From Armatimonadota bacterium (GTDB lineage: Bacteria; Armatimonadota; UBA5829; DTLH01): a stretch of DNA of 64,000 nt. The position numbers and the translations under genes were made by a program. The notes under the pieces were generated by a model. That model saw only the letters and a list, made by a program, of their open reading frames with translations. It searched no databases and was not told the DNA's origin. Where the stretch lies: NCBI GenBank assembly GCA_038207085.1, contig JBBRAE010000005.1, positions 91,347-155,346 of the forward strand. Direction: 5' to 3'. Shown here piece after piece: positions 31,560 through 42,388 of the stretch (its first letter is position 1; each line of letters opens with the position of its first letter).

Positions 31560-31964
31560 CTGCGTCGCTCCTTCGTAAACGGCGTTTTTCGCCATTTGCG
31601 TTCCCGTACTCTGTATAACCGAATGCAATTATATCATAGGTAAGAGGGAACAGGTAACTCGGCATGAAAACCGACCGTTACGGGAAAGCTAACAGCTGAT
31701 CGCCAAAGGCCCCAGGAAGGAGCTTTGCCCACCTGTGGGGAAGGTGTTAATGTCACTTTGGAGGAGTAGAGCTCCGACTCCGACGTTGATGTCACCGGTA
31801 TGAACCACCTAAGATCATCCAATTCACCCGGCGGTCATATTTCTGACTAATTCGATTAATGTGCTTGCAAATTTTGCTCGGAAATGGTATTCTCATTAAG
31901 CGCTGTACCGGCAATTGTGGGCCGGCAGTTTGTTGCTCAGTATGAGAGAAGGAGCGAAGTTGTA

Positions 31965-33767
31965 ATGCTGCAAAAAGACCCAAAAACGGGATTGCTGAAA
32001 GAGTATACGAGATACGAAGTCGAGCACGCGGACAAACCGGATCTGCTGCGCGATCTCTTCCCTTATACGGAAGTGCCGCGGACGGTCTTTGACGGGACTA
32101 CCGTGCCGATGGAGCCTGCAAAAGAGTTCTTCATTACGGACACTACGTTCCGAGACGGCCAGCAGGCAAGGCCTCCTTACACCGTCGACCAGATCGTCGA
32201 CCTCTATGACATGCTCCACAGGCTGGGCGGGCCAAACGGCATCATCCGGGCAAGTGAGTTCTTCCTTTACACCGACAAGGACAAAGACGCGGTTCGCAAG
32301 TGTCTGGAGCGAGGCTATAAGTTCCCTGAGGTCACGGGGTGGATCCGCGCGACCAAGGGAGACTTCCAGCTCGTCAAGAACATGGGGCTCCAGGAGACTG
32401 GTATTCTCACGTCCGCATCGGACTATCACATATTTAACAAGCTAAAGAAGACACGCGAACAGGCGATGGAGGGCTACCTCGACCTCGTGCGCACCGCGCT
32501 TGAGTCGGGACTGCGCTCCGTGCGCTGCCACCTCGAAGATATCACCCGCGCGGACTTCTACGGGTTCATTATCCCCTTTGTCCAGAAGCTGATGGATATC
32601 GCTCACGAGTCGCAGAAGATGGTCAAGATCAGGCTCTGCGACACGATGGGCTACGGCCTGCCCTACGCTGAGGCGTCTGTCCCGCGCGGCGTGCCGAAGA
32701 TGATCCACGCGATGATCCACGAGGCCGGAGTCCCCGGCGAATGGCTGGAGTGGCACGGGCACAACGATTTTCACAAGGTGCTCATAAACGCCCAGGCCGC
32801 GTGGCTTTACGGCTGCGCCAACGCAAACGGGACGCTCCTCGGGTTCGGCGAACGCACCGGCAACCCGCCGATTGAGGGCCTCTGCATCGAGTACGCCGGA
32901 CTTATGGGAAGCACAAACGGGATGGACCTTTCGGTCATCACCGATATCGGCGAGTACTTCAAGAAGGTCATCAAGGCCGAGGTGCCGTCGGCTTATCCGT
33001 TTGTCGGAGACAACTTCAACACCACAAGCGCGGGGATTCACGCCGACGGCGTTATGAAGGACGAAGAGATATACAACATCTTCGACACAACTGCCATCTT
33101 GAAGCGCCCGATCGGAGTCAACGTGACCGACAAGTCGGGGCTTGCGGGTGTTGCCCACTGGGTCAACAGCAACCTCGGCCTCAAAGGCGAGAATATGGTC
33201 GACAAGAAGCATCACGGGCTGCAGTCGATCCAGGACTGGGTCGAGGAGCAGTACGCGCTGGGGCGCGTCACGAGCATTTCGAACGAAGAGATGCTTCACC
33301 AGGCGCGTGTCTTCCTGCCCGACTACTTCAAGAGCGAGTTTGACGTGCTAAAAGAGAAGGCGGAGTGCATAAGCACTCAGGTCGTCTTCGACCTGCTCGC
33401 CGACGCCGACGTGCGCACGCTCGACCCACTGCGCGCTGAGCCGGTGCTTGAGCGAGTCGTAAACGAGTTCAGGTTCATCCAGTTCGCCTACCTCACCGAC
33501 AGCACGGGCAAAAAGGTGACTAAGAACATCACTCACCCCGAGGACCAGGCGAAGTATGATACGTCGATGACCGACGAGGACTTCTCCAACCGCGACTGGT
33601 TCCGGGCCGCGATGAACAACGACCGCGTCTACGTGACCGACTTCTACAAGTCCAAGATCACCGGCGCGCTCTGCATCACGGTCTCCGCCCCGATCAAAGA
33701 GGCCGGACGGACCAAGGGCGTCCTCGGAGTCGACCTGCAGTTCGAGGAACTGGCGAGAATACAGTAA
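31965..33767 (+). CDS. Re-citrate synthase-like DRE-TIM enzyme with C-terminal Cache/PDC domain
   Basis: ITDTTFRDGQQ, CHLEDITR, EWHGHNDF, GERTGN, AGIHADG..K.EEIYNIFDT; tail FSNRDWF...YVTDFYKSKITG.LCITVSAPI...GVLGVD. Confidence 0.82.
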   Translation: MLQKDPKTGLLKEYTRYEVEHADKPDLLRDLFPYTEVPRTVFDGTTVPMEPAKEFFITDTTFRDGQQARPPYTVDQIVDLYDMLHRLGGPNGIIRASEFFLYTDKDKDAVRKCLERGYKFPEVTGWIRATKGDFQLVKNMGLQETGILTSASDYHIFNKLKKTREQAMEGYLDLVRTALESGLRSVRCHLEDITRADFYGFIIPFVQKLMDIAHESQKMVKIRLCDTMGYGLPYAEASVPRGVPKMIHAMIHEAGVPGEWLEWHGHNDFHKVLINAQAAWLYGCANANGTLLGFGERTGNPPIEGLCIEYAGLMGSTNGMDLSVITDIGEYFKKVIKAEVPSAYPFVGDNFNTTSAGIHADGVMKDEEIYNIFDTTAILKRPIGVNVTDKSGLAGVAHWVNSNLGLKGENMVDKKHHGLQSIQDWVEEQYALGRVTSISNEEMLHQARVFLPDYFKSEFDVLKEKAECISTQVVFDLLADADVRTLDPLRAEPVLERVVNEFRFIQFAYLTDSTGKKVTKNITHPEDQAKYDTSMTDEDFSNRDWFRAAMNNDRVYVTDFYKSKITGALCITVSAPIKEAGRTKGVLGVDLQFEELARIQ

Positions 33768-33800
33768 GAAGCTGTTAGCTTTTAGCAGTTAGCAATCAGG

Positions 33801-33836
33801 CGGGCGGCGATCATGTTGGATCGCCGCCCGTTTTTT
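33801..33836 (+). terminator. Intrinsic terminator
   Basis: 12-bp stem CGGGCGGCGATC/GATCGCCGCCCG followed by T6. Confidence 0.88.
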
Positions 33837-33882
33837 GGTTGTTCTTGTATGATGTGGACAACACCGGCAGAAAATACTATCA

Positions 33883-33942
33883 TAGTAAAAGTTGGGGCAC
33901 TAAGTTTTACTATCACAATGGTGTAGTAAAATACTTTTACTT
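33883..33942. promoter_or_regulatory. Four alternating TAGTAAAA/TTTTACT(A/T) boxes upstream of fic
   Basis: Boxes at 33883, 33905, 33924 and 33935 in an AT-rich patch. Confidence 0.5.
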
Positions 33943-33975
33943 ACAGAGAACGTACGATAGCGAGGTAGCCGGCAA

Positions 33976-35149
33976 ATGCAAAGAGGATTACAAGGACAAT
34001 TTTTTCCAGTTAGTCTCAGCGGGATAGGCGAGTCTTACACTGGCGTTTATCCCAGATGACCTTCCACCCTCTCCATTGCTTATTCTTGATGAGGAGCTGA
34101 ATGACCTGTTGGAGCAAGCTAACCGAGCTATTGGGCGGCTCGACGGCATAGCGATGCTTCTGCCGGATGTGACGTTGTTTCTTTATTTCTACATTCGCAA
34201 GGAAGCTGTGCTCTCCTCACAGATTGAGGGCACACAATCGTCGCTTTCAGATCTGCTCCTTTTCGAAAGCAAGGATATGCCTGGGGTGCCTATGGACGAC
34301 GTCCAGGAGGTTTCCAACTACGTCGCCGCCATCAACTCCGGACTCGCTGCCCTGGAAAGCGGAGACCTTCTTACCATGCGCTTGATCAAGCGAATACACT
34401 CGGTATTGCTGAACGAGGGGCGAGGAAGTGAGAAGAGCCCCGGCGAGTTCCGAAGGTCGCAGAACTGGATACACGGTGCCAATCCCGGGGACGCTCTGTT
34501 CGTGCCGCCTCCATATTCTGAAGTTGACCGGCTCATGGCGCAACTTGAGCGCTTCATAAATGATGTGCCGGAACGGACTCCCACGCTAATAAAGGCGGCC
34601 CTTGCACATGTACAGTTTGAGACAATACATGCATTTCTCGACGGCAACGGCAGGCTCGGGCGACTGCTGATCACACTGATTCTCTGCAGCGAAAAGGCGC
34701 TCGAAAGGCCGTTGCTCTACCTTAGTCTGTATTTCAAGGCCAACAGGGAGAAGTATTACGAACTCCTGCAAGAAACGCGGACATCCGGTGACTGGGAAGC
34801 GTGGCTCAGGTTCTTTCTCCGGGGAGTAAGAGACACGGCAGACCAGGCGGTATCAGCTGCTCGGCGCATACTCCGCATGTTCGACGAGGATCATCAAAGA
34901 ATAGAAATGCTGGGAAAAGCAGCTAATTCGGCACTTAGGGTGCATCGTGTTCTGCAGCGCACTCCGCTGATTTCAGTGCCGCACGCAGCCATTTCCGCAG
35001 GTGTGACCAAACCCACGGCTGAAAGTGCAGTGAGGCGACTGACAGAACTGGGAATTGTTCGTCAAGTCACACAACGCAAGAAAGATAGGTTGTTCGCTTA
35101 TGATGCGTACCTTGCTATTCTAAATGAAGGTACCGAGCCCATCAGATGA
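33976..35149 (+). pseudogene. Fic family protein with a +1 frameshift near codon 22 (or expressed from TTG 34076)
   Basis: ATG 33976 gives MQRGLQGQFFPVSLSGIGESY; one extra base at about 34039; then LAFIPDDLPP...SSQIEG...HAFLDGNGRLGR and a C-terminal HTH-like region. Confidence 0.75.
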
Positions 35150-35244
35150 TGCGTTTGCCTAGTCCAAATCTTCTTGCTCTAGCCCCGGTTTATCGGTTAT
35201 AATACTTTGACTAGAAAACGATTGTTCGGATGTGGAGGCTGATT

Positions 35245-36492
35245 TTGCGCGCCGAGGTTATTTCGGTTGGAACTGAGCTGCTTTTGGGGCAGATTGTGGA
35301 TACCGATGCGGCGTACATTTCGCGGCTACTTCCCGATTTCGGGATCGATATGCACTTCCGAAGCACCGTCGGAGACAACTTCGGCAGGGTCGTTGAGGCG
35401 ATAAGGCTTGCGCTTTCTCGCGCTGACATCGTTTTTACCATAGGTGGGCTTGGGCCTACTGAGGACGATCTTACCAAAGAGGCTGTCGCTGAGGCGATTG
35501 GAGTCGAGCTTGAGCTTGATGAGCCGTCCGCCGAGCATATCAGGGGGTTTTTCGCCGCACGGGGAATCCCGATGCCGGAGCGGAACCTGAAACAGGCGAT
35601 GAAGCCCAAAGAAGGCCGCGCACTTCCCAATCCCGTCGGGACCGCGCCGGGGTCCGTCTTTGAGAAGGGTGGCAAGGTCGTCATCACGCTTCCGGGGCCG
35701 CCAAACGAGTTCACGGAGATGGTCGAGCATGGGGTGCTCCCGTATCTGCGCGAGATGGTCGGTGAAGCGCCCGCGCTTATAAGATCGAAGAATTTGAAGA
35801 TTGTTGGGCTTGGTGAGTCGTCGGTCGAAGAGATCGTGCGCGATCTGGTTCACGGAACCAACCCATCGGTTGCGCCGTATGCGAGCCCGGGCGAGGTGAG
35901 GCTCAGGATCACCGCCAAATCGGAAGATGATGAGCAGGCCTGGGAGATGATCGCCGGGGTCGAACGTGAGATCCGCGCGAGGCTCGGCGACAGGGTGTTC
36001 GGAGTCGACGAAGAGACGCTTGAAAGCGTCGTCGTCGGGATGATGGCCGAGCGTGGAGTGACCCTCGGGATCGCCGAATCGTGCACGGGCGGGCTTCTCG
36101 GACACAGAATTACCAACGTTCCCGGCAGCTCTGAAGTTTTTCTCGCCGGAATTGTCAGTTATAGCAACGATTCGAAGGTAAAGCTCCTCGGTGTGCCGAA
36201 GGAGTTAATTGAGCGCTGTGGCGCAGTCAGCCGCGAAGTGGCCGAAGAGATGGCCCGCGGCGTGCGCGAGGCAAGCGGTGCTCGTATTGGTATGGGGATA
36301 ACAGGAATCGCCGGGCCGGGTGGTGGCACTGCCACAAAACCAGTCGGGCTTGTGTATATTGCTCTCAGCACGGAAGCTGATACGCTTTCCGAAGAAAACC
36401 GATTCGTCGGCAATCGCGCCGACGTCAAAGCGCGTAGCGCCCAGTCCGCGCTGGTTATGCTGAGGCAGCACCTCCTCGATCTCCCCCTATAA
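35245..36492 (+). CDS. cinA: Competence/damage-inducible protein A (MoCF-like + NMN deamidase)
   Basis: AEVISVGTELL.G...DT, GGLGPT.DDLT, LPGPP.E, AESCTGG, ITGIAGPGGG...KPVGLV. Confidence 0.96.
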   Translation: MRAEVISVGTELLLGQIVDTDAAYISRLLPDFGIDMHFRSTVGDNFGRVVEAIRLALSRADIVFTIGGLGPTEDDLTKEAVAEAIGVELELDEPSAEHIRGFFAARGIPMPERNLKQAMKPKEGRALPNPVGTAPGSVFEKGGKVVITLPGPPNEFTEMVEHGVLPYLREMVGEAPALIRSKNLKIVGLGESSVEEIVRDLVHGTNPSVAPYASPGEVRLRITAKSEDDEQAWEMIAGVEREIRARLGDRVFGVDEETLESVVVGMMAERGVTLGIAESCTGGLLGHRITNVPGSSEVFLAGIVSYSNDSKVKLLGVPKELIERCGAVSREVAEEMARGVREASGARIGMGITGIAGPGGGTATKPVGLVYIALSTEADTLSEENRFVGNRADVKARSAQSALVMLRQHLLDLPL

Positions 36493-36509
36493 ATAAACTC
36501 ACGGGTCGT

Positions 36510-37103
36510 ATGAAATTGAGCGACGTTTTACGCACATTTGTGGCCGTCTTGATTCCAAGTGAACTTAAGCGTACAATAGCTGTGGTTCAAAAAGATTTAA
36601 AGAAGGCGGCGCCCGGCATCAAATGGGTGGAGCCTGAGAACTTCCATATCACATTGGAGTTTCTTGGCGACACCAAACTCGATGCGGTCGACGAGATCGC
36701 TGGGGCGATTGCGGGCGCATGTCGGGATCTTGATCCGTTTATTGTCGAGTTCGGCGGCGTGGGGGCGTTTCCAAGTGCGCGCAGGCCTCGGGTGGTCTGG
36801 GCCGGGGTGACTTCTGGGAAGCGCGAGCTTACTGAGCTTGCCGGGCGCGTCGAAGACGCCCTTGCCCCACTCGGATTTGCAAAAGAAGACAAGCCCTTTC
36901 GGGCTCACATAACCCTTGGCAGGGTGAGATATGGACGGGGTGTCGATGATCTCAGCTCTGCTTTGGAAGAAACGGCGGCGGACAGGCTCGGGAGTTTTCG
37001 GGTCGCATCGGTCGCGCTTATGAAAAGCGAACTTAGGAGAGAATGCCCAATATACTCCGTTCTTGCTCGGGTGTCACTCGGTGAGACGGAAGGGGGAGTG
37101 TAA
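36510..37103 (+). CDS. thpR: RNA 2',3'-cyclic phosphodiesterase (2H family)
   Basis: FHITLEFLG and HITLGR HxT motifs; PRVVWAG. Confidence 0.93.
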   Translation: MKLSDVLRTFVAVLIPSELKRTIAVVQKDLKKAAPGIKWVEPENFHITLEFLGDTKLDAVDEIAGAIAGACRDLDPFIVEFGGVGAFPSARRPRVVWAGVTSGKRELTELAGRVEDALAPLGFAKEDKPFRAHITLGRVRYGRGVDDLSSALEETAADRLGSFRVASVALMKSELRRECPIYSVLARVSLGETEGGV

Positions 37104-37107
37104 ACAT

Positions 37108-38127
37108 ATGGATAAACAAAAGGCGCTTGAGATGGCGCTTTCCCAGATTGAAAAGCAGTTTGGCCGAGGATCGGTGATCCGGCTTGGCGAGAAGCCGAAG
37201 TTTGACTCGGACGTGATTTCGACCGGCTCTATCGCGCTTGACATCGCCCTTGGCATCGGAGGCATCCCGCGCGGGCGAGTCACTGAGATATACGGGCAGG
37301 AGTCTTCAGGAAAGACGACCCTCGCCTACCATATCGTCGCAGAAGCTCAGAAAGCGGGCGGAACGGCGGCGTTTGTCGACGCCGAGCACTCTGTTGACGC
37401 GGCTTACGCCAAAAGCCTTGGAGTCGATATCGACAGCCTGCTCGTCTCCCAGCCCGACACGGGTGAAGAGGCGCTTGAGATCGTCGACGCGTTGATTCGA
37501 AGCGGCGCGGTGGACGTGGTCGTTCTTGACTCGGTCGCGGCGCTTGTCCCCAAGGCGGAAATCGAAGGCGATATGGGCGACAGCCACGTCGGCATGCAGG
37601 CCCGGCTTATGAGCCAGGCACTGCGTAAGATCGGCGGGTCTATCTCAAAATCCAACTGCGCGGCAATATTTATCAACCAGATCCGCGAAAAGATCGGCGT
37701 GATGTTCGGAAACCCCGAGGTTACTCCGGGCGGACGCGCCCTCAAGTTCTGGTCGAGCGTGCGCCTTGAAGTGCGAAGGATCGAAACGCTCAAGGTCGGA
37801 AGCGAAGCAGTCGGGACACGGGTGCGTGTCAAGGTTCAGAAGAACAAGGTCGCCCCGCCGTTTCGGCAGGCCGAGTTCGATATCACGTTCAGCAAGGGAA
37901 TCTCACGCAGCGGCGGACTTCTTGATCTTGCGACCGAGCTTGGTTTCGTCGGCAAGACGGGAACGTGGTTCAGCTACGGAGACCAAAGGCTCGGACAGGG
38001 CCGCGAGAACGCCAAGTCGTTCCTTGAGGAGCATCCTGCAGTGATGGATGAACTTGAGGCAAAGATAAGAACCAACGGCGAGGATGAAGCGGTCGAGGAG
38101 ACAGTGGCTGTCAAGGCTGCTGAGTAG
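37108..38127 (+). CDS. recA: Recombinase A
   Basis: [48 protein letters not shown]. Confidence 0.99.
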   Translation: MDKQKALEMALSQIEKQFGRGSVIRLGEKPKFDSDVISTGSIALDIALGIGGIPRGRVTEIYGQESSGKTTLAYHIVAEAQKAGGTAAFVDAEHSVDAAYAKSLGVDIDSLLVSQPDTGEEALEIVDALIRSGAVDVVVLDSVAALVPKAEIEGDMGDSHVGMQARLMSQALRKIGGSISKSNCAAIFINQIREKIGVMFGNPEVTPGGRALKFWSSVRLEVRRIETLKVGSEAVGTRVRVKVQKNKVAPPFRQAEFDITFSKGISRSGGLLDLATELGFVGKTGTWFSYGDQRLGQGRENAKSFLEEHPAVMDELEAKIRTNGEDEAVEETVAVKAAE

Positions 38128-38157
38128 ATTCTTCGTTGATAAGTGGGTTTCGGGGAT

Positions 38158-38790
38158 ATGGACACTATCACCGCAATCGAGCCTCAAAAGAGGCGCGGAA
38201 ACCGGAGATCGATATCTGTAAACGGTGAGTTCTTTGCCGGGGTCGATGAGGAAGTAGTTTTTGACCTCAGGCTCAAGGTGGGGCAGCCGGTCGATGCCGA
38301 AAGGCTCGCCCAGGTGCTTCAGACCGAAGAGATCCGGCGGGCAAGGGAGTCGGCTCTGACGCTCCTTGACTACCGGGCAAGGACTAGCAGGGAAATAGAG
38401 CAGCGGCTCGCTCTGAAGGGTTATCCTGAAGAGACGATAGCCGCGGTGATTACGCAACTTGAGAGACTGGACCTCGTAAACGACGAGCGTTTTGCTTCTG
38501 ACTGGGTCGCAAGCCGCCTGAACTACAAACCGCAGGGGCGGACGCGCATCGGCTGGGAGCTGAAGCGTAAAGGGGTTTCACCCGATATAGTGGATGAGGC
38601 TCTTGCGCAGGTGGACGAGGTCGCTGAGTTTGATATGGCTTTGGAGCTGGCCGAGAGGAAACTCGGTGGGGCGAGAATCGAGGACCAAGACGCCCGGCGC
38701 AAGCTTGCAGGTCTGCTGCAACGGCGTGGGTTTCGCTGGGACATTGTCTCAAGGGTGCTCGACAAGCTCGGGTCCGAAGAAGATGATTAG
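38158..38790 (+). CDS. recX: Regulatory protein RecX
   Basis: Directly after recA; AL.LL.YRART..EI..RL, ND.RFA..W, ELKRKG, L.RRGF. Confidence 0.92.
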   Translation: MDTITAIEPQKRRGNRRSISVNGEFFAGVDEEVVFDLRLKVGQPVDAERLAQVLQTEEIRRARESALTLLDYRARTSREIEQRLALKGYPEETIAAVITQLERLDLVNDERFASDWVASRLNYKPQGRTRIGWELKRKGVSPDIVDEALAQVDEVAEFDMALELAERKLGGARIEDQDARRKLAGLLQRRGFRWDIVSRVLDKLGSEEDD

Positions 38791-38984
38791 CCCGCTCCTA
38801 CTCTAGCAGGAGGAACCCAAGGCAGTCTGTTTATATCTAAAAAGACGGTGTTATCTGCGCCGTCTCTTAAAGGCTGGCGCTATGCGCCACCGGTAAGGTT
38901 GATGGATTCGGGATTGAAAAATAGTCCGGGAAGACGCATCTTTCGCTCAACCTCATTGGTCCCCAATAATCGGGAGGTGAGGCT

Positions 38985-40532
38985 ATGATGACAAGTATAT
39001 TGATAGGAATAGTCTGCGGGCTCGCCGCCGCTGTGGTCGGCGGGTACGTGGCTTTTTCAACGTACGTCCGACCTAATCAACTCAAGGCCAAAGCCGGAAT
39101 GGCTGAGGTCGAAGAGCGCGCAATGCGCTTAGAGAAAGATATCGAGGCGAAACGCAAAGAGGCCAAGATAGAAGCCAAAGAAGAGGCTTTCCGTCTGAAG
39201 TCTGAAATCGAAAAAGAACACAAAGAGCAACGAGCGGAGATTCAGAGGTTAGAGCGAAGGCTTACCCAAAAGGAAGAAACGTTAGACCGGAGACTGGATA
39301 ATCTCGATAGAAAAGAGCGTTCCCTTGCTCAAAAAGAGCAGGACGCAACGACTAAAATCGCTGAGATCGACACAATAGCCGAAGCTCAGCGCACCGAGCT
39401 TCAAAGGGTCGCGAGAATGTCGAACGAAGAGGCACGCGACATGCTGCTTAGACAGGTCGAGCGCGAGTGCGAACGGGATGCGGCGCGGCTTATTCGTGAA
39501 AGCGAAGAGCGCGCGAAAGATGAAGCAGACCGCCGTGCGCGAGACATCGTCACGATCGCGATTCAGAAGTGCGCGGTCGACCAGGCCGCGGAAACGACCG
39601 TTTCGGTTGTCCCGCTTCCAGGCGACGACATGAAGGGCCGGATCATCGGCCGCGAAGGCCGCAACATTCGGGCCTTTGAGACCCTTACGGGAGTCGATCT
39701 TATTATTGACGACACCCCTGAGGCGGTTGTTATCTCTGGGTTTGACCCCGTTCGCCGAGAGGTTGCGCGTCTTGCGCTCTCAAACCTCATAGTCGACGGG
39801 CGAATCCACCCGGGCCGCATCGAAGAGACGATCAACAAGGCCCAGGAAGAAATCGAAAACAAGATGCGCGAAGCCGCTGAGCAGGCAATATTCGAGACCG
39901 GCGTGACCGGCCTCGACCCCGAGCTCACACGGCTTCTTGGGCGTTTGAGGTATAGGACGAGCTACGGGCAGAACGTGCTCGATCACTCCATCGAGGTCGC
40001 GCACCTCGCCGGAGTAATGGCGGCTGAGCTTGAAGTTAACAGCGCACTTGCCAAGCGTGCGGGACTCCTGCATGACCTCGGCAAGGCTGTAGACTTTGAG
40101 GTAGACGGCCCCCACGCGCTTATCGCGATGGATCTATTGAAGAAGCATCGCGAGCCCGCGGAAGTTGTTCACGCGGTCGGGGCGCACCACAACGACATCG
40201 AGGCTCACTCGGTCGAAGCGGTGTTGGTCCTTGCTGCCGACGCGATCTCAGCCGCAAGGCCGGGCGCGCGCCGCGAGACGCTTGAGACTTATGTCAAGCG
40301 ACTGCAAAAGCTTGAGACGATCGCTGACTCGTTCCCCGGCGTCGAGAAGACGTTCGCCGTTCAGGCCGGGCGCGAGATTCGGGTTGTCGTAAAGCCCGAG
40401 CAGGTAGACGACGATATGTCCTGCAAGCTCGCTCACGACGTCGCTCGAAAGATCGAGTCGGAGATGGAGTATCCGGGGCAGATCAAGGTGACCGTCATCC
40501 GGGAAGTCCGAGCGGTCGACCACGCGAAGTAA
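38985..40532 (+). CDS. rny: Ribonuclease Y
   Basis: N-terminal TM and coiled coil, KH ([13 protein letters not shown]), HD (GLLHDLGK), [14 protein letters not shown]. Confidence 0.98.
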   Translation: MMTSILIGIVCGLAAAVVGGYVAFSTYVRPNQLKAKAGMAEVEERAMRLEKDIEAKRKEAKIEAKEEAFRLKSEIEKEHKEQRAEIQRLERRLTQKEETLDRRLDNLDRKERSLAQKEQDATTKIAEIDTIAEAQRTELQRVARMSNEEARDMLLRQVERECERDAARLIRESEERAKDEADRRARDIVTIAIQKCAVDQAAETTVSVVPLPGDDMKGRIIGREGRNIRAFETLTGVDLIIDDTPEAVVISGFDPVRREVARLALSNLIVDGRIHPGRIEETINKAQEEIENKMREAAEQAIFETGVTGLDPELTRLLGRLRYRTSYGQNVLDHSIEVAHLAGVMAAELEVNSALAKRAGLLHDLGKAVDFEVDGPHALIAMDLLKKHREPAEVVHAVGAHHNDIEAHSVEAVLVLAADAISAARPGARRETLETYVKRLQKLETIADSFPGVEKTFAVQAGREIRVVVKPEQVDDDMSCKLAHDVARKIESEMEYPGQIKVTVIREVRAVDHAK

Positions 40533-40564
40533 GAGAGTTATTAGTCCAGATCGTGCCGCATCTG

Positions 40565-40591
40565 GTAGGGGCGGACCAATGTGTCCGCCCT
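40565..40591 (+). repeat. REP family B
   Basis: GTAGGGGCGGACCAATGTGTCCGCCCT. Confidence 0.85.
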
Positions 40592-40707
40592 TTCTCAGCT
40601 GTGGCGAATATGTCACCGACTAATCTTCTTCTGCGAGAACTACATGATCTGAAGCCCATGGTTTGGAGAATCGTTTTCGCAGCATACAGTCACATAACGA
40701 GGTAACG

Positions 40708-41496
40708 ATGAAGATTCTGATGCTTGGAGATATCGTCGGCAAGCCGGGAAGGCACGCGGTTTCTGAGCATCTGCCCGGGCTTCTTGATGAGCTTGGGCCC
40801 GATATTACAATCGCAAACGCAGAAAATGCGGCGGGAGGGTCCGGTATCACGCCTGATACCGCCCTTCCGCTTTTTGACGCCGGGGTGGACGTGATGACGC
40901 TCGGAAACCACGCGTTCACTCAGCGCGATGGCGAAAAGTTCATCGACTCCGAGCCCCGCGTAATCCGTCCCGCCAACTACCCCACAGGCGTTCCCGGACG
41001 AGGTTACGGCGTCTTTGACACTCGCAACGGCTCCAAGCTCGGCGTCGTGAACCTCCTTGGGCGCACGTTTATGCTGCCGCTTGATAACCCCTTTAGTGTT
41101 GCCGACGCAGCTCTCTCTGAGATCAACAAAGCTACTCCCCTCGTGCTGGTAGACTTCCACGCCGAGGCCACAAGTGAGAAGGGCGCGTTCGCCTGGAACT
41201 TTGACGGCCGGGTGAGCGCGGTGGTCGGCACTCACACCCATGTGCCGACCTGTGACGAGCGGGTGCTTCCCAAGGGGACCGCGTTTATCACCGACGTTGG
41301 AATGGTCGGGCCGCGGGACTCGATCCTCGGGGTAAAGCCCGAGCTAGTGATCGAGCACTTCCGAAGGCAGCTGAAACTCCGTGCCGAAGTCGCGCACGGC
41401 CCGGCGGTGCTAAACGCAGTAATGATTGAGGTGGACGACCAGAGCGGACACGCAAGCTCGATCAAGCGCGTGACCATCGACCCCGGGGTTGGGTAG
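40708..41496 (+). CDS. TIGR00282/YmdB-family metallophosphoesterase
   Basis: GDIVGKPGR, NAENAAGG, TLGNH, DFHAEATSEK, VGTHTHV, TDVGM.GP; follows rny. Confidence 0.95.
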   Translation: MKILMLGDIVGKPGRHAVSEHLPGLLDELGPDITIANAENAAGGSGITPDTALPLFDAGVDVMTLGNHAFTQRDGEKFIDSEPRVIRPANYPTGVPGRGYGVFDTRNGSKLGVVNLLGRTFMLPLDNPFSVADAALSEINKATPLVLVDFHAEATSEKGAFAWNFDGRVSAVVGTHTHVPTCDERVLPKGTAFITDVGMVGPRDSILGVKPELVIEHFRRQLKLRAEVAHGPAVLNAVMIEVDDQSGHASSIKRVTIDPGVG

Positions 41497-41505
41497 AAAG
41501 CACAC

Positions 41506-42360
41506 ATGCAGACGATACAGAACGAACTAAGAAGTGCGATAACGGCCTTTGCGCGGGCGGGGATCGACACCCCGCAGCTCGACGCCGAAGTGCTGATGGC
41601 CCACATCGTCGCAAGCGACCGTATGCACGTCATCACCCATCCCGAACGCGAGCTTGGAAAGGACGAGGTCACCCGGTACAGAGAGCTGGTCGCCCGGCGC
41701 GTGAAACGTGTGCCGCTGCCGCATCTCACGGGCAAGAAAGAGTTTTGGGGGTTGGAGTTTGAGGTGAGCCCCGCAGTTCTCATACCAAGACCCGAGACCG
41801 AAACGCTCGTTGAATCGGCGATCGCGCACCTCGCGGGGGTAGAAAACCCGATCGTGGTCGACATCGGCGCCGGCACGGGCTGCGTCGCCATCGCCATCGC
41901 AAGTGAGCTCCAAGACGCCGTCGTCTATTCGACCGATATCTCTCACGAAGCGGTCGAGATCGCGAAGCGCAACGCCCAGCGGCACGATCTGCAGCTGCGC
42001 GTGGTGGTGCTTGACGGGAACCTGTTTGACCCCCTGCCCCGTGAGGTGATCGGCAAAGTCGACGTGGTGGTCTCGAACCCTCCCTACATTCCAACCGATG
42101 AGATCGACCGACTTCAGCCCGAAGTCGCCTGCTACGAGGCGCGTGGGGCGCTTGACGGCGGGCCTGATGGGATGAAGTATCACAAAGAGATTTTAGAAGC
42201 CGCACGCCACGCCTTGAAGCCTGGGGGCTGGGTGCATCAGGAGGTCGGGATATATCAGGCCGGAGACGTCGCATGCTTCGCCCGCGAATCTGGTTACAGC
42301 GATACCCTGATCACCGAAGACCTCGCCGGTATAGGAAGAATCGTAAGCGCCCGGCTGTGA
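41506..42360 (+). CDS. prmC: Release factor glutamine methyltransferase
   Basis: VLIPRPETE, DIGAGTG, VSNPPY, ALDGG.DG. Confidence 0.96.
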   Translation: MQTIQNELRSAITAFARAGIDTPQLDAEVLMAHIVASDRMHVITHPERELGKDEVTRYRELVARRVKRVPLPHLTGKKEFWGLEFEVSPAVLIPRPETETLVESAIAHLAGVENPIVVDIGAGTGCVAIAIASELQDAVVYSTDISHEAVEIAKRNAQRHDLQLRVVVLDGNLFDPLPREVIGKVDVVVSNPPYIPTDEIDRLQPEVACYEARGALDGGPDGMKYHKEILEAARHALKPGGWVHQEVGIYQAGDVACFARESGYSDTLITEDLAGIGRIVSARL

Positions 42361-42388
42361 TTCCCACAATCCATCAAGTCCCCGCTTA

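Noticed and set aside
33839-34027. 62-aa ORF upstream of fic
   Set aside because: Spans the AT-rich palindrome array and overlaps fic's real N-terminus in another frame.
38795-38980. 6S RNA before rny
   Set aside because: Local hairpins rather than a long end-to-end rod with a central bubble.
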